DNA of 64,000 bases from positions 32,001 to 96,000 of IMG/VR virus record IMGVR_UViG_3300038468_000223; one strand, given 5' to 3'. Position numbers and translations under genes: made by a program. The notes below the pieces were generated by a model. The model saw only the letters and a program-made list of their open reading frames with translations. It did no database searches and was not told the origin of the DNA. The DNA is from a virus. Positions 17,972 to 27,673 of the stretch are shown one piece after another (positions within the stretch are counted from its first letter, which is position 1; each line of letters begins with the position of its first letter).

Positions 17972-18174
17972 CCACCCTCGAAGAGTTCTCCCTCGACGAG
18001 GAGGGCCACGAGCTGATGCACGAGGCGCGGGAGCTGGCCACCATCTTCGCCGCGTGGCGCTCGCTCCCCCCGAGCCCGGAGGACCGGACCGTCGCCATCA
18101 CGCGCGTGATGACCCTGCACCGCAGCGTGGGCGAGTACGTCGTGCGGCGGCGCGCTCGACTCACCCACCAGTGA
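17890..18174 (+). CDS. Hypothetical protein
   Basis: GAGG RBS; good codon pattern. Confidence 0.6.
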   Translation: MQDAEDPPTHRDSGSLSVFENTAAEALTTLEEFSLDEEGHELMHEARELATIFAAWRSLPPSPEDRTVAITRVMTLHRSVGEYVVRRRARLTHQ

Positions 18175-18894
18175 CCCCCGTCGTTCGGCGGTGCCACTAC
18201 GCAAATAGTTCAAGATCGGCCCCTCAAACTCGATGCAGACTGCACCGGATCACGTGCAGGCTGCACGGATGCAGCATGCACGCACGTCGCGGTTGACATG
18301 CGCGATCTCCGCGAAAATCGCGGGGTGAGCGGCTGCATGTTGCATCCATTCGCGTGCGTGATGCACGAAGAACTGGTCGAGTAACTTGAGTAAGGGTGCG
18401 ATCTACTCTCATGCCTACATTTCCCCCCCAAAATTCGGGAAAAAGCATGCAGAGTGCACGACAGTGATCTCGCGTACTTAGGGCGCCAAAAAAGCGTGCA
18501 CTATGCAGCACCCCATTTCTCGCGATCGGGACCCGATTCGGCTGCCCCTCGCGAGATCGTTCGACTTTTTCACTGAAGCGCAGTTCAGTGGTCGGGGTCG
18601 CGGAGGGGGGGTCCGACCCACGAAACCCACTTTTGCCCGAGAAAAGCTGGGTGCGGCAGATCGCTAAACCCGGCCCAAATGCCGCTTTTCCAGACCCCCC
18701 TGCACCCTCACCGAACCTCTTTATTTCTGCTGGATCGGTTGCCTCAAACCCTGGTGCTTCCTCACCCCCGGGCCCCCCCTATAAGGGGGCCCGTGGGAGC
18801 CCGGATGGACCACCTGGTTGCCTGGGGATGCTTTTGCTATGCCGGGCTTGACGCTGCCAACTGCGCTCTGCAACGGCGCGCTCGGTGCGACTCG

Positions 18895-18942
18895 GCCCCC
18901 GCGACCTCCTTCCCCTTGGTCGCGGGGGCTTCTTTCTTTGTT
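18895..18942 (+). terminator. Intrinsic terminator
   Basis: GCCCCCGCGACC...GGTCGCGGGGGC followed by TTCTTTCTTTG. Confidence 0.75.
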
Positions 18943-18965
18943 GGACGCCTGTCCAGCAAAGAAGG

Positions 18966-18994
18966 TTGACCTGCTCCGCGGTCGGGCGTAGAAG
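18966..18994 (+). promoter_or_regulatory. Sigma70-like promoter of the replication operon
   Basis: TTGACC-N17-TAGAAG. Confidence 0.5.
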
Positions 18995-19040
18995 CGGGTG
19001 ATGGACTCCGGGTCGCGTCCCGGATGAAAGGGGAAAACTG

Positions 19041-19793
19041 ATGCCGTACTCGGTCGCGGACATCCGCGCTCGGCAGTTCTTGCTTCGGATGCTCCTCGTG
19101 GCGCCGCCGAAGCAGGGCAAGAGCACGTGCGCGATCTCGACGTGCCCGAAGCCCTGCTTCGTCCTGAACACGGACGGCAAGGGCGCCTTCGACTACGCCG
19201 TGCTCGCCGGCAAGGTCCAGGAGGGGGAGATGGACGTCGAGGACCTGACGAGCGTCAAGGGGTTCAAGAGAGGTCTTGCGCACGTGCGCGCGAACCCCGA
19301 CAAGTACAAGACGGTGGTCCTCGACAACCTCACCTTCTTCGCCGGGATCGTGGAGGAGGAGGTGCGTCGCGAGACCAAGGGGGAGGACGGGCGCCAGGTC
19401 TACCCGAAGATCGAGCGCATCCTCCTCACCTGCCTGAACGACCTCATCTCGCTCCCGCACCACGTGATCGTGATCGGCCACGTCGATCCGAGCGAGGAGA
19501 AGAAGGCGGCCGGATCGTTCGGACACATCCTGTCCATCTCCGGCAAGGCCAAGATCAAGGTGCCCAGTCTCATGCAGGACTGGGTGTGGCTAGAGGTCTC
19601 GATCGACGAAGATACGGGTCTCGCCAAATACGAGTTCTTGCTCGCTCCAGAAGGACACTGGAAGCAGGCAGTGCGATCGATCAAGACGGATACGAAGCGA
19701 ATGGCTGCGGATGTTTCCAAGTTCATTCGCCTCGCATCGAAACGCGCAGCACCGAAGGCAGCCAAAGAAGCCAATTCGAAGGAGTCGCAATGA
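19041..19793 (+). CDS. AAA_24/Sak4-like ATPase
   Basis: APPKQGKS, TVVLDNLT, VIVIGH; adjacent SSB-like gene. Confidence 0.8.
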   Translation: MPYSVADIRARQFLLRMLLVAPPKQGKSTCAISTCPKPCFVLNTDGKGAFDYAVLAGKVQEGEMDVEDLTSVKGFKRGLAHVRANPDKYKTVVLDNLTFFAGIVEEEVRRETKGEDGRQVYPKIERILLTCLNDLISLPHHVIVIGHVDPSEEKKAAGSFGHILSISGKAKIKVPSLMQDWVWLEVSIDEDTGLAKYEFLLAPEGHWKQAVRSIKTDTKRMAADVSKFIRLASKRAAPKAAKEANSKESQ

Positions 19794-20602
19794 GCTACGA
19801 CGAGCACGAGGACTACACCGAGGAGATGAACTGGGACGAGGTCGGTACGGTCGTCCCAGAAGGGAAGTACACGCTCGAAGTCGAGAAGGCGTCGTACAAG
19901 CCCACCAAAGACAAGAAGCACATGGCGGTCGTACAGTTCAACATCGTCGCCGCCTACGATCCGGAGAACGAGAAGTACGTCGGCAAGAAGGTGTTCGAGA
20001 ACTTCGTGTTCACGATGACCGCCGCGTTCACCGTGAAGAAGTTCATGCGCGCCGCGCAGCTCGAACAGCCGAAGGTCATCTCGAAGAAGTTTCTCGAGGA
20101 CACGTGGTGTGACGAGGTCCTCGGCGTGCAGGTCGACGCGGAGCTGAAACACGAGACCTTCCAGGGCGACACGCGCGCCAAGGTCAAGCAGTACTTCCCC
20201 GCCGGCACCGCCGAGGAGGAGGTCGACGACGAGGCCGACGACGACAAGGAGAAGAAGAAGTCGAAGCCGGCCGCGCCGACTTCGACGAAGAAGAAGAAGG
20301 AGAAGGAGGAGAAGCCCGCGCCCGAGCCGGAGGACGACGAGGACGACGACGAGGAGGAGGACGACGAGGAGGACGACGAGGAGGACGACGACGAGGAGGA
20401 CGACGACGAGGAGGACGACGACGAGGAGGACGACGAGGAGGAGGAGGAGCCCGCGCCGAAGGCCGCGACCAAGCCGGCGCCCAAGACCGCCAAGAAGTCG
20501 GAGGCGGCGGCGGCGGCACCGCCACCGAAGGCGGCGCCGAAGTCGTCGCCACCGAAGGCGGCGACGAAGAAGGGGGCGAAGACGACGAAGAAGGGGAAGT
20601 GA
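19790..20602 (+). CDS. DUF669-like ssDNA-binding protein with long acidic tract and Lys/Ala/Pro tail
   Basis: VPEGKYTLEV, Y.GKKVFENF; follows Sak4-like gene. Confidence 0.75.
   Translation: MSYDEHEDYTEEMNWDEVGTVVPEGKYTLEVEKASYKPTKDKKHMAVVQFNIVAAYDPENEKYVGKKVFENFVFTMTAAFTVKKFMRAAQLEQPKVISKKFLEDTWCDEVLGVQVDAELKHETFQGDTRAKVKQYFPAGTAEEEVDDEADDDKEKKKSKPAAPTSTKKKKEKEEKPAPEPEDDEDDDEEEDDEEDDEEDDDEEDDDEEDDDEEDDEEEEEPAPKAATKPAPKTAKKSEAAAAAPPPKAAPKSSPPKAATKKGAKTTKKGK
20331..20449 (+). repeat. Tandem GAG/GAC codon repeats (mostly 15-bp EEDDD units)
   Basis: (gaggaggacgacgac)n seen directly. Confidence 0.9.
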
Positions 20603-20605
20603 GCC

Positions 20606-21757
20606 ATGGCGTCCGCGGCAGCCCGCTATCTCGACCTCGGTTGGAACGTGATCCCCGTCGACGGCACGACGAAGAAGCCGCTCATCGGCACCTGGAAGGA
20701 GTTCCAGACGCGCCGGGCGGCGCCGGACGAGATCGAGTCGTGGTCGCGGCGGTTCCCCAGCGGGGGGATCGCCGTCATCTGCGGCAAGATCTCCGGCCTG
20801 CTCGTGCTCGACGCCGACGGGGCCGAGGGTGTCGCCGAGGCCGAGAGACGCGGGCTGCCCAAGACGCCCATGGTCAAGACGCCGGGGGGCGGGATGCACA
20901 TCTACTTCAAGCTCCCGCACGGCTTCAACTCTCCCAGCTCCTGCAAGGTCGGCGACAGCCGCAGGCTCGACGTCCGCGGCGACGGCTCGTACGTCGCCGC
21001 GCCGCACACGAAGCGGTCGGACGGCCGGCGCTACGAGTGGGTCGTCAAGCCGTCGACGAAGCTCGCCGACGCGCCAGAGTGGTGGAGGAAGCTGCTCAAG
21101 CAGCGGGACGGCGGCGAGTTGGAGAGGCGGAGGCAGAAGGTTGAAGCTCGAACGTCGGGGCTCCCACTGGTGGGGGCGGGGTTCGAGCGCCTCGACCCCG
21201 TCGTGCGGGGGTGGATCGAGAACGGGCACGACCTCGAGCGGTTCCCGAGCCGCAGCGAGTGCGACTTCGCGGCGGTGATGGCGCTGCTCGCGATCGGGAT
21301 GGAGGACGACGAGATCGAGCGGGTCTTCGCGACCTACCCGATCGGGGAGCGGTACCGCGAGCCGGGGACGGGGGGACCGCGCTACCTCGAGCTGACCATC
21401 CGGACCGCGCGCCGGAAGCTCAAGGCGGTGCGCATCAAGTACGCGGACCTCACGGACTACGAGGCCGACGGCCGCAAGAGCGGGTGCCGGCGCCTGCACC
21501 TCGCGCTCGTCGTCGAGGACGGCGACGACGTCGGGCGGTGGATCAGGACGGGGATCACGGTCCCCAGCGACGGCCGGGAGGCGTGCGCGGCGCGCTGGCA
21601 GCGCCTGTTCGAGGCGCTCGGCGTGCCGCCCATCCCTCCGGGGGAGGTCACGCCGCGCAGCTTCAGCGGCCTGGTCGGACGCACGCTCGTCGTGGAGGTC
21701 GACCGCTCGCGGCAGCAGAACCAGGTGGTCGCGTTTCACAAGGGGAGGTGGCAGTGA
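20606..21757 (+). CDS. Bifunctional DNA primase/polymerase (Prim-Pol)
   Basis: GWNVIPV..KKP, LLVLDAD, VKTPGGGMHIYF, LDVRGDGSYVAAP. Confidence 0.92.
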   Translation: MASAAARYLDLGWNVIPVDGTTKKPLIGTWKEFQTRRAAPDEIESWSRRFPSGGIAVICGKISGLLVLDADGAEGVAEAERRGLPKTPMVKTPGGGMHIYFKLPHGFNSPSSCKVGDSRRLDVRGDGSYVAAPHTKRSDGRRYEWVVKPSTKLADAPEWWRKLLKQRDGGELERRRQKVEARTSGLPLVGAGFERLDPVVRGWIENGHDLERFPSRSECDFAAVMALLAIGMEDDEIERVFATYPIGERYREPGTGGPRYLELTIRTARRKLKAVRIKYADLTDYEADGRKSGCRRLHLALVVEDGDDVGRWIRTGITVPSDGREACAARWQRLFEALGVPPIPPGEVTPRSFSGLVGRTLVVEVDRSRQQNQVVAFHKGRWQ

Positions 21758-21981
21758 TCGACGTGGTGGTCCTCGACCCCGCCCACCGCGAGATCCTCGT
21801 GCGGGTGATGTGGCGCAAGGGCCTGCGCTTCCTCGAGCTGGCGATCTCGGGCTCCTTCCCCGAGCCGACCAAGGCGGTGTCGGAGAGCACCATCAGGGCC
21901 GCGATGGGCGGCGAGGCGATCGAAAGCCTCGCGGCGGAGAAGATCGCCTACTTCATCAAGGAGCGCGCCGAGCGGACGTAG
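21754..21981 (+). CDS. Small hypothetical protein
   Basis: GGAGG plus GTGA coupling. Confidence 0.55.
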   Translation: MIDVVVLDPAHREILVRVMWRKGLRFLELAISGSFPEPTKAVSESTIRAAMGGEAIESLAAEKIAYFIKERAERT

Positions 21982-22337
21982 GTTGGAGTGGAGGAAGTGG
22001 AGGGTGACGCGTGGTGTGGTGCAAGGGGCACCCACAGTGACGAGAAGAAGAAGAAGAAGGAGTGATGGAGGCCCAGCATGGGCTCGCGTCCTCGTACTGA
22101 GTTCGAGTATCGCTGGCATGGTGCGCCGGTGGTGTGGGTCGAGAGCGAGCTGACCATGGTGCACGCCGTTCCCGAGGCGCTCGCTAACGTGACGCCTCTG
22201 CGCGACGTGCACGCAATTTGCGGCAGCTTCATGCGCGGCGAGGTGTCGCTTCGGGATCGATGTTGGGGGATGCCCGTGGAGCCGTGGACGATCATGTGCT
22301 GTGGCCGGTGCGAACGAATGGTGAGGAGGAGGAAGAG

Positions 22338-22961
22338 ATGCTGAACAGCAGCGAGATCAAGACGCTCTGCGAGGAGTCGCACCGCATCGCCGAGGAGCAC
22401 GGCTGGCTCGACACGCCGCGCCCCTTCGGCACCATCATGGCGCTCCTGCACTCGGAGCTGAGCGAGGCGCTCGAGGAGTTCCGCGCCCACCGCGGGCTCG
22501 CCGAGATCTACTACGAGACTACAAAGGGTGAGTGCTCCGAGGCGGAGGCGCCGGAACGTCTCGCGCAGGGCTACAAGTTGAAGCCCTGTGGCATCCCCAT
22601 CGAGCTGGCCGACTTCCTGATCCGCATCGCGCAGGAGATCGAGACGGCCGACTTCACCGGGCGCTTCTGCTCGCTCTTCAACGGGCCGTCGGGCGTGTCG
22701 GTCGGCAAGGGGCTGTACCTCGGGCAGCACGAGTTCGATGCCGGGTTCGACGCGGACCTCCTCCCGAACCTGCACCGGCTCGTGTCGAAGGCCTACGACG
22801 AGGGCAGCTTCAACGTCATCGCGGCGGCCTACCTGCATACCGCCTTCGTGCTCACGGTCCTGTACTGCGACCGCTTCGAGATCGACATCCGCCGCGCGCT
22901 CGAGATCAAGGCGGCGTACAACGAGAAGCGCCCCTACCGCCACGGCGGCAAGGCCTGCTAG
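22338..22961 (+). CDS. MazG-like nucleotide pyrophosphohydrolase
   Basis: MALLHSELSEALEE, ELADFLIRI, K..YNEKRPYRHGGK. Confidence 0.85.
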   Translation: MLNSSEIKTLCEESHRIAEEHGWLDTPRPFGTIMALLHSELSEALEEFRAHRGLAEIYYETTKGECSEAEAPERLAQGYKLKPCGIPIELADFLIRIAQEIETADFTGRFCSLFNGPSGVSVGKGLYLGQHEFDAGFDADLLPNLHRLVSKAYDEGSFNVIAAAYLHTAFVLTVLYCDRFEIDIRRALEIKAAYNEKRPYRHGGKAC

Positions 22962-22963
22962 CC

Positions 22964-23533
22964 GTGGGGCGCTGGACGCTCATCGCCGAGGCGGCCTACG
23001 AGGCGTTCTGCAAGCGCCTCGATCTAGAGCAGCACGGCCCGGGAGAGGAGTGGTCCGTCCTCCCCCCGGGCGTCCAGGCTGCCTGGGAGGCGGCGGTGGA
23101 GGCCGCCGCCGTCGCGACGAGCAAGGCCGTCCTGCCGCGTTCGAAGTCGAACGCCGTCCTCGAGCGAGCCGTCAAGCGCCTCACCATCTCGCAGCGCAAC
23201 CACGTCTACGCCCTCGCCGTCCGGACCTCGTGGCACACCAGCAGTGTGCCCCGTCGTTCGACTCTGAATGCGCTGCGGCTGCTCGGCTTCGTCTACGTCC
23301 ACAACGACCGCGCGATGTTGACGGCGAAGGGGAGGGCGGCGCACGAACTGCTCAAGAAGACGGATCACTACCCGTCCGTTCGCGCCAGGAGGATGGCGGG
23401 CCAGCCGATCGTCGTCGCGCAACCCGTCGCCGGCTGCGACGGGTCCGGCGAGTACTTCGACGATCCGACTCGAGAAGATGGGCGCGGGGCGAAGAGGCCG
23501 GTGCGATGCCCGGGCTGCCGCGCGTGTTCATGA
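22964..23533 (+). CDS. Hypothetical protein (possible wHTH and Zn ribbon)
   Basis: Operon packing; LTAKGR, CPGC. Confidence 0.5.
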   Translation: MGRWTLIAEAAYEAFCKRLDLEQHGPGEEWSVLPPGVQAAWEAAVEAAAVATSKAVLPRSKSNAVLERAVKRLTISQRNHVYALAVRTSWHTSSVPRRSTLNALRLLGFVYVHNDRAMLTAKGRAAHELLKKTDHYPSVRARRMAGQPIVVAQPVAGCDGSGEYFDDPTREDGRGAKRPVRCPGCRACS

Positions 23534-23553
23534 TCCAAGCCACGGAGGAAGCG

Positions 23554-24081
23554 ATGGACAGCAGCAAAGACAACAGCGAACAGGCCAAGCTCGTGACCCG
23601 CCCGGTCGTGTGGGACGGTGCCGTGCGCGTCGTCATCGACGAGCACGCGCTTCAGACGTACACGGCGAGGGGGTGGGTCCTGCTCGATCGCTACGAAGCC
23701 CCCGTGACCGAGCACACGCCGGTGACCGGCGACCGCTACGGAAGCGTCAGCGTCAACGTCGTTTCGAAAACGTACTTCTTGCTCGGCCAAGATCGCGAGA
23801 GCACGATGCGGGCGCTCGCCGACGCCAACGAGGAGCTGCGCCGCGCGGCGAATGCACACAACGGTCGAGCACGCGAAGCCGAGGCGAAGCTCGCAGCCGC
23901 CGAAAAGGCGTTTCAAGAGGAAAAGGCGAGACACCACCGTCTCTTGCAAGACGCCGAGCAAGCGCGACAGATCGCCGTAGAGGAGCGCAAGCGCTCGTGC
24001 AAGATGGAACTCGATCTCGCGAAGGTGCGCGCGCACTTCGGCGAGAAGGCGATGAACGAGGCGTTGGCGGGGAAGAAGTAA
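23554..24081 (+). CDS. Coiled-coil hypothetical protein
   Basis: GGAGG RBS; Ala/Glu/Arg heptads. Confidence 0.65.
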   Translation: MDSSKDNSEQAKLVTRPVVWDGAVRVVIDEHALQTYTARGWVLLDRYEAPVTEHTPVTGDRYGSVSVNVVSKTYFLLGQDRESTMRALADANEELRRAANAHNGRAREAEAKLAAAEKAFQEEKARHHRLLQDAEQARQIAVEERKRSCKMELDLAKVRAHFGEKAMNEALAGKK

Positions 24082-24086
24082 CGGCC

Positions 24087-24629
24087 ATGCGCTTCATCTC
24101 CGTGGACGTCGAGACCGACGGGCCGCTCGTCGGCCGGAACTCGCTGCTCTCCGTCGGGGCCGTGGCGTTTTGCACGGAACACGGCGAACTCGCGTCGTTC
24201 AAGGTCAACCTGAAACGAGCCGGACGGCCGGATCCCGACACGATGAAGTTCTGGGCGGCGCACCCGGTCGCCTTCATTCGCGCGACGTCGGATCAGGAGG
24301 CCCCGCGGACCGCGATGAGGAAGTTCGCGGCCTGGTCGTCCCGCTTCCCCGACGCCGCGTTCGCCGCGTGGCCGGTCGCGTTCGACTACGCGTTCTGCCA
24401 CGCCTACTTCCTGAAGTACCTCGGAGCCGACCCGTTCGGGTACGGCCAGCGAACGATCGACATCTCCTCGTACGCGATGGCGGTGACCGGGCTGCCTCGG
24501 TCCGAGGTCGGGGAGTGGCTCGAGAAGCTGTACCCGATGAAGAACACCCACGACGCGCTCGAGGACGCGCGCGAGCAGGGTCGGGCCTTCCTGCGCCTGC
24601 TCGAGCGCGCGAAGACGGTGGTGCGATGA
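24087..24629 (+). CDS. DEDDh 3'-5' exonuclease
   Basis: SVDVETDGP, AFDYAF, THDALEDA. Confidence 0.88.
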   Translation: MRFISVDVETDGPLVGRNSLLSVGAVAFCTEHGELASFKVNLKRAGRPDPDTMKFWAAHPVAFIRATSDQEAPRTAMRKFAAWSSRFPDAAFAAWPVAFDYAFCHAYFLKYLGADPFGYGQRTIDISSYAMAVTGLPRSEVGEWLEKLYPMKNTHDALEDAREQGRAFLRLLERAKTVVR

Positions 24630-24889
24630 ACGACCTGTTCGACGAAGACGACGACCTGTACGCGACGCTCTTCGCGTTGACGTACACCCAGCACGTTGCC
24701 GGCAAGCTGCCGCTCCCCGGGCTTCGTGATCGGATGGGGCGTCTCGAGGCCGCGATCTGCGCCGATCTGCAAGAGCGCAATCGCAGAAAAGGGCTCTGTA
24801 CGTGCCCCTGTCACCTGTCGCCGGGCATGAAGCACGTCGTGCCGTGCTGCGACGGCGGCGGTTTCGGTCGGCCTGGTCGTTCCAAGTAG
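24626..24889 (+). CDS. Small hypothetical protein with Cys-rich end
   Basis: ATGA coupling; CTCPCH...PCC. Confidence 0.55.
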   Translation: MNDLFDEDDDLYATLFALTYTQHVAGKLPLPGLRDRMGRLEAAICADLQERNRRKGLCTCPCHLSPGMKHVVPCCDGGGFGRPGRSK

Positions 24890-24898
24890 GAGGTCATC

Positions 24899-25111
24899 AT
24901 GGAAGAAGATCGCATGCTCAAGTGGTTCGCGGTGCCGGCGGCGCCGGAGGGTGTCCTGCCGCAGCCGTTGCTGGACCTATCGCGCACGTTCTCGACGGTC
25001 GCGCATCACCTCTGCAAGGAGATCCGGCCGGGCCCCGAGCGCACCGTCATGCTGCGCAAGCTGCTCGAGGCGAAGGACGCCGCCGTTCGTGCGATGGTGG
25101 ACCCCGGATGA
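24899..25111 (+). CDS. Small helical-hairpin phage protein (possibly Acb2/Tad1-like)
   Basis: AGGAGG RBS; PGPERTVMLRKLLEAKDAAVRA. Confidence 0.6.
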   Translation: MEEDRMLKWFAVPAAPEGVLPQPLLDLSRTFSTVAHHLCKEIRPGPERTVMLRKLLEAKDAAVRAMVDPG

Positions 25112-26625
25112 CGTTCGAGTGCGATCACTGCGGTGGACCGGCCTACGACGGCGACCTGAGCGACGCCGTCGAGGGCGCCACGCGACCGTGCCTGTCGTGC
25201 GGGTTCCCTGGACGGCTCGTGTGGGACGCGGAGACGCCTGCCGAGTGGTCTACCAACCATGACCTGCACGCCGTCTGCTTCGACGGCGACTGCGTGCAGT
25301 GTAGACGCGACAGCGAACAGGAAGGTCCGAAGATGAAGACTCGCATCATCGACAATCTGTCCCCCGAGGACATCGCCATGGCCCAGGCGCTCTACAGCCG
25401 CAGCCCGGAGAGCGTCGACGTGCACCTCGAGAAGGTCCGCCAGACCGGCTCGGGCAAGTTCATGCAGAAGTACTACGTCGGCTACGGCCACAAGAGCATC
25501 GCCGACTGCGGTACCACGACCCTCTTCATCGAGGGGGTGAGCCTGCTCGCGGCGAAAGCCGTCCAGGACTGGCCGCTCTACTGCGGCCAGGAGACGAGCA
25601 CGCGCTTCATCGACATGGCGCGGCAGCCGATCATCGACATGATCAACACACTCGACACCAGGACGATCCTCTTCGAGTGGATGCGGTTCTACGCGGGCGC
25701 ACAGGAGCCGACGCGGGTCGAGATCCGGCGCCGGTACCCGCGCCGCCCCGACGAGGATCCCGACGTCTACGAGCGTGCGGTCAAGGCGCGCACGTTCGAC
25801 ATCCTGCGCGGCTTTTTGCCGGCGGGCATCACCACGCAGCTCTCGTGGCACACCAACCTGCGCCAGGCGGGCGACCACCTCGCGCTCCTGCGCAACCACC
25901 CGAGCCCCGAGATCGCGAGCCTGGGGGAGGGGCTCCTCCACGCAATGCGAACGCAGTATCCCTCTAGCTTCAGTCGTCCGGACAAGGCGTGGGACCGGCT
26001 CGTCGCTCAAGACTACGCGTACGACTACGAGAGCGGCGGGCGCCGCACACCCTTCATGGAGTCGACCATCGTCCACGAGGATCTCGACCCCATGGCCGAT
26101 CTCTTCGCCGAGCGTGGGCGCGGGGACGAGCTTCCGCATTCGTTCACTCGCTTCGGGCAGATGACCTGGCGGTTCCCGCTCGACTTCGGCAGCTTCCGCG
26201 ACCTGCAGCGGCACCGCAACGGCGTGTGCGTGATGCCCTTGCTCACGACCGATCTCGGCTTCGAGCCGTGGTATCTGGAGCAGCTCGATCCCACCAGTCG
26301 GCAGCGCGCCGCACTTCTCGTCCTGGAGCAGACGGCGCGCATCGCCGAGATCCGCGATCCTGTCATGCGGCAGTACTACTGCGCGCTCGGCTTCAGGGTC
26401 CCCTGTACGGTGTGCTACGCACTGCCGGCGACGGTGTACTTGCTCGAACTCCGATCGAGTAAGATGGTGCACCCGACGCTCCGGCGCGTGGTGCAGCGGA
26501 TGGCGGACACCTTCAAGAAGGAGCTGCCGATGGTCGTGCTCCACGACGACCAGGACGAGGACGACTGGTCGGTGCGGCGCGGGACGCAGACGATCGTGGA
26601 GAAGGTCGCGACGGAGGAGGAATGA
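25108..26625 (+). CDS. thyX: Flavin-dependent thymidylate synthase (long two-repeat type); Cys-rich N-terminal segment in frame, second start at 25333
   Basis: GYGHKSIAD, QETSTRF, FDILRGFLP, FRDLQRHR, HPT. Confidence 0.85.
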   Translation: MTFECDHCGGPAYDGDLSDAVEGATRPCLSCGFPGRLVWDAETPAEWSTNHDLHAVCFDGDCVQCRRDSEQEGPKMKTRIIDNLSPEDIAMAQALYSRSPESVDVHLEKVRQTGSGKFMQKYYVGYGHKSIADCGTTTLFIEGVSLLAAKAVQDWPLYCGQETSTRFIDMARQPIIDMINTLDTRTILFEWMRFYAGAQEPTRVEIRRRYPRRPDEDPDVYERAVKARTFDILRGFLPAGITTQLSWHTNLRQAGDHLALLRNHPSPEIASLGEGLLHAMRTQYPSSFSRPDKAWDRLVAQDYAYDYESGGRRTPFMESTIVHEDLDPMADLFAERGRGDELPHSFTRFGQMTWRFPLDFGSFRDLQRHRNGVCVMPLLTTDLGFEPWYLEQLDPTSRQRAALLVLEQTARIAEIRDPVMRQYYCALGFRVPCTVCYALPATVYLLELRSSKMVHPTLRRVVQRMADTFKKELPMVVLHDDQDEDDWSVRRGTQTIVEKVATEEE

Positions 26626-26987
26626 GCGCGCAGAAGAAGTGGGAAACGGTTGGCACGGACACGGAGTACGGCAAGGGGTACTCCGACGGCTTCGACGTCG
26701 CCGAGGAGTTGACAGAGAAGAAGGCGGTCGCGTGGCTCGAGGCCTGCGGCTTCCACGATCTCGCGAGGCGTGCTGAGAGCGAACTGCACAAGTTCGAAGA
26801 GCCGAAGGCTCCGGAGACCCCGAAACAGGACTGCCACTCCTGCGGTTACTACGGCATAACCATGTACATGGAGCCCTACTGCTTCGCCTTTCCACACGGC
26901 AAGACGCTCTCGCGAGGCGCCCCGAAGGAGTGCCTCGTCGACGGCGTGTACACGCTCTGGACGAAGGACACGAGGAGGTCGAAGTGA
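26622..26987 (+). CDS. Hypothetical protein with Cys-rich C-terminus
   Basis: Coupled to neighbours; CHSC. Confidence 0.65.
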   Translation: MSAQKKWETVGTDTEYGKGYSDGFDVAEELTEKKAVAWLEACGFHDLARRAESELHKFEEPKAPETPKQDCHSCGYYGITMYMEPYCFAFPHGKTLSRGAPKECLVDGVYTLWTKDTRRSK

Positions 26988-27673
26988 AGCTGATCGGCGT
27001 CTGCGGCATGGCGGGATCCGGCAAGGACACCTTCGCCGACTTCCTCGTCCGCGATCACGGCTGGGTCAAGATCGCCCTCGCCGACCCGCTCAAGCGGTTC
27101 TGCCAGGAGGTCTTCGACTTCTCCGACGAGCAGCTCTGGGGACCGAGCGAGAAGCGCAACGCGCCCGACCGCCGCTACGTGATCAGCAAGGGCTACGAGG
27201 AGGTCGTCAAGCGGTTCGAGGCTACAGGCGACCTCGAGCGGGCGGCGTCCTACGCCGAGCAGGCCTACCTCACGCCGCGCTACGCCCTGCAGCAGCTCGG
27301 CACGGAGTGGGGGCGCCGGTGCTATCCCGACGTCTGGGTGAAGCTCGCCCTGCGCAACGCCAGGGACCTGCTCCGGCCGGTCGACGACTCCGGCCTCAAC
27401 GGCTTCGGGAACATCCAGGGCGTCGTCATCAGCGACGTCCGCTTCAAGAACGAGGTCGCCGCGATCCAGGACGCCGGCGGCACCGTGGTGCGCCTCCTGC
27501 GCGGCGCGCCGCTCCCGGGAGAGGCCGGCCGCCACCAGAGCGAGACCGAGGTGCAGGAGATCCCGGACTCGCTCTTCGACCACGTCATCGACAACCGCGA
27601 GTTCACGCTCGAGGAGCTGCGGCAGGCCGCCGGCCGACTCGTCGGGCTCTTCGCCAGGAAGAAATCTCGATGA
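26984..27673 (+). CDS. Deoxynucleoside monophosphate kinase
   Basis: GMAGSGKDT, LADPLK, LQQLGTEWGR, SDVRFKNE, HQSE. Confidence 0.92.
   Translation: MKLIGVCGMAGSGKDTFADFLVRDHGWVKIALADPLKRFCQEVFDFSDEQLWGPSEKRNAPDRRYVISKGYEEVVKRFEATGDLERAASYAEQAYLTPRYALQQLGTEWGRRCYPDVWVKLALRNARDLLRPVDDSGLNGFGNIQGVVISDVRFKNEVAAIQDAGGTVVRLLRGAPLPGEAGRHQSETEVQEIPDSLFDHVIDNREFTLEELRQAAGRLVGLFARKKSR

Larger units (their letters stand above)
18175..19040. other. Largest non-coding region; candidate replication origin/control region
   Basis: Lower GC, A/T runs, about a dozen TGCA palindromes at 18235-18507, hairpins; lies between helicase and primase genes. Confidence 0.55.
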
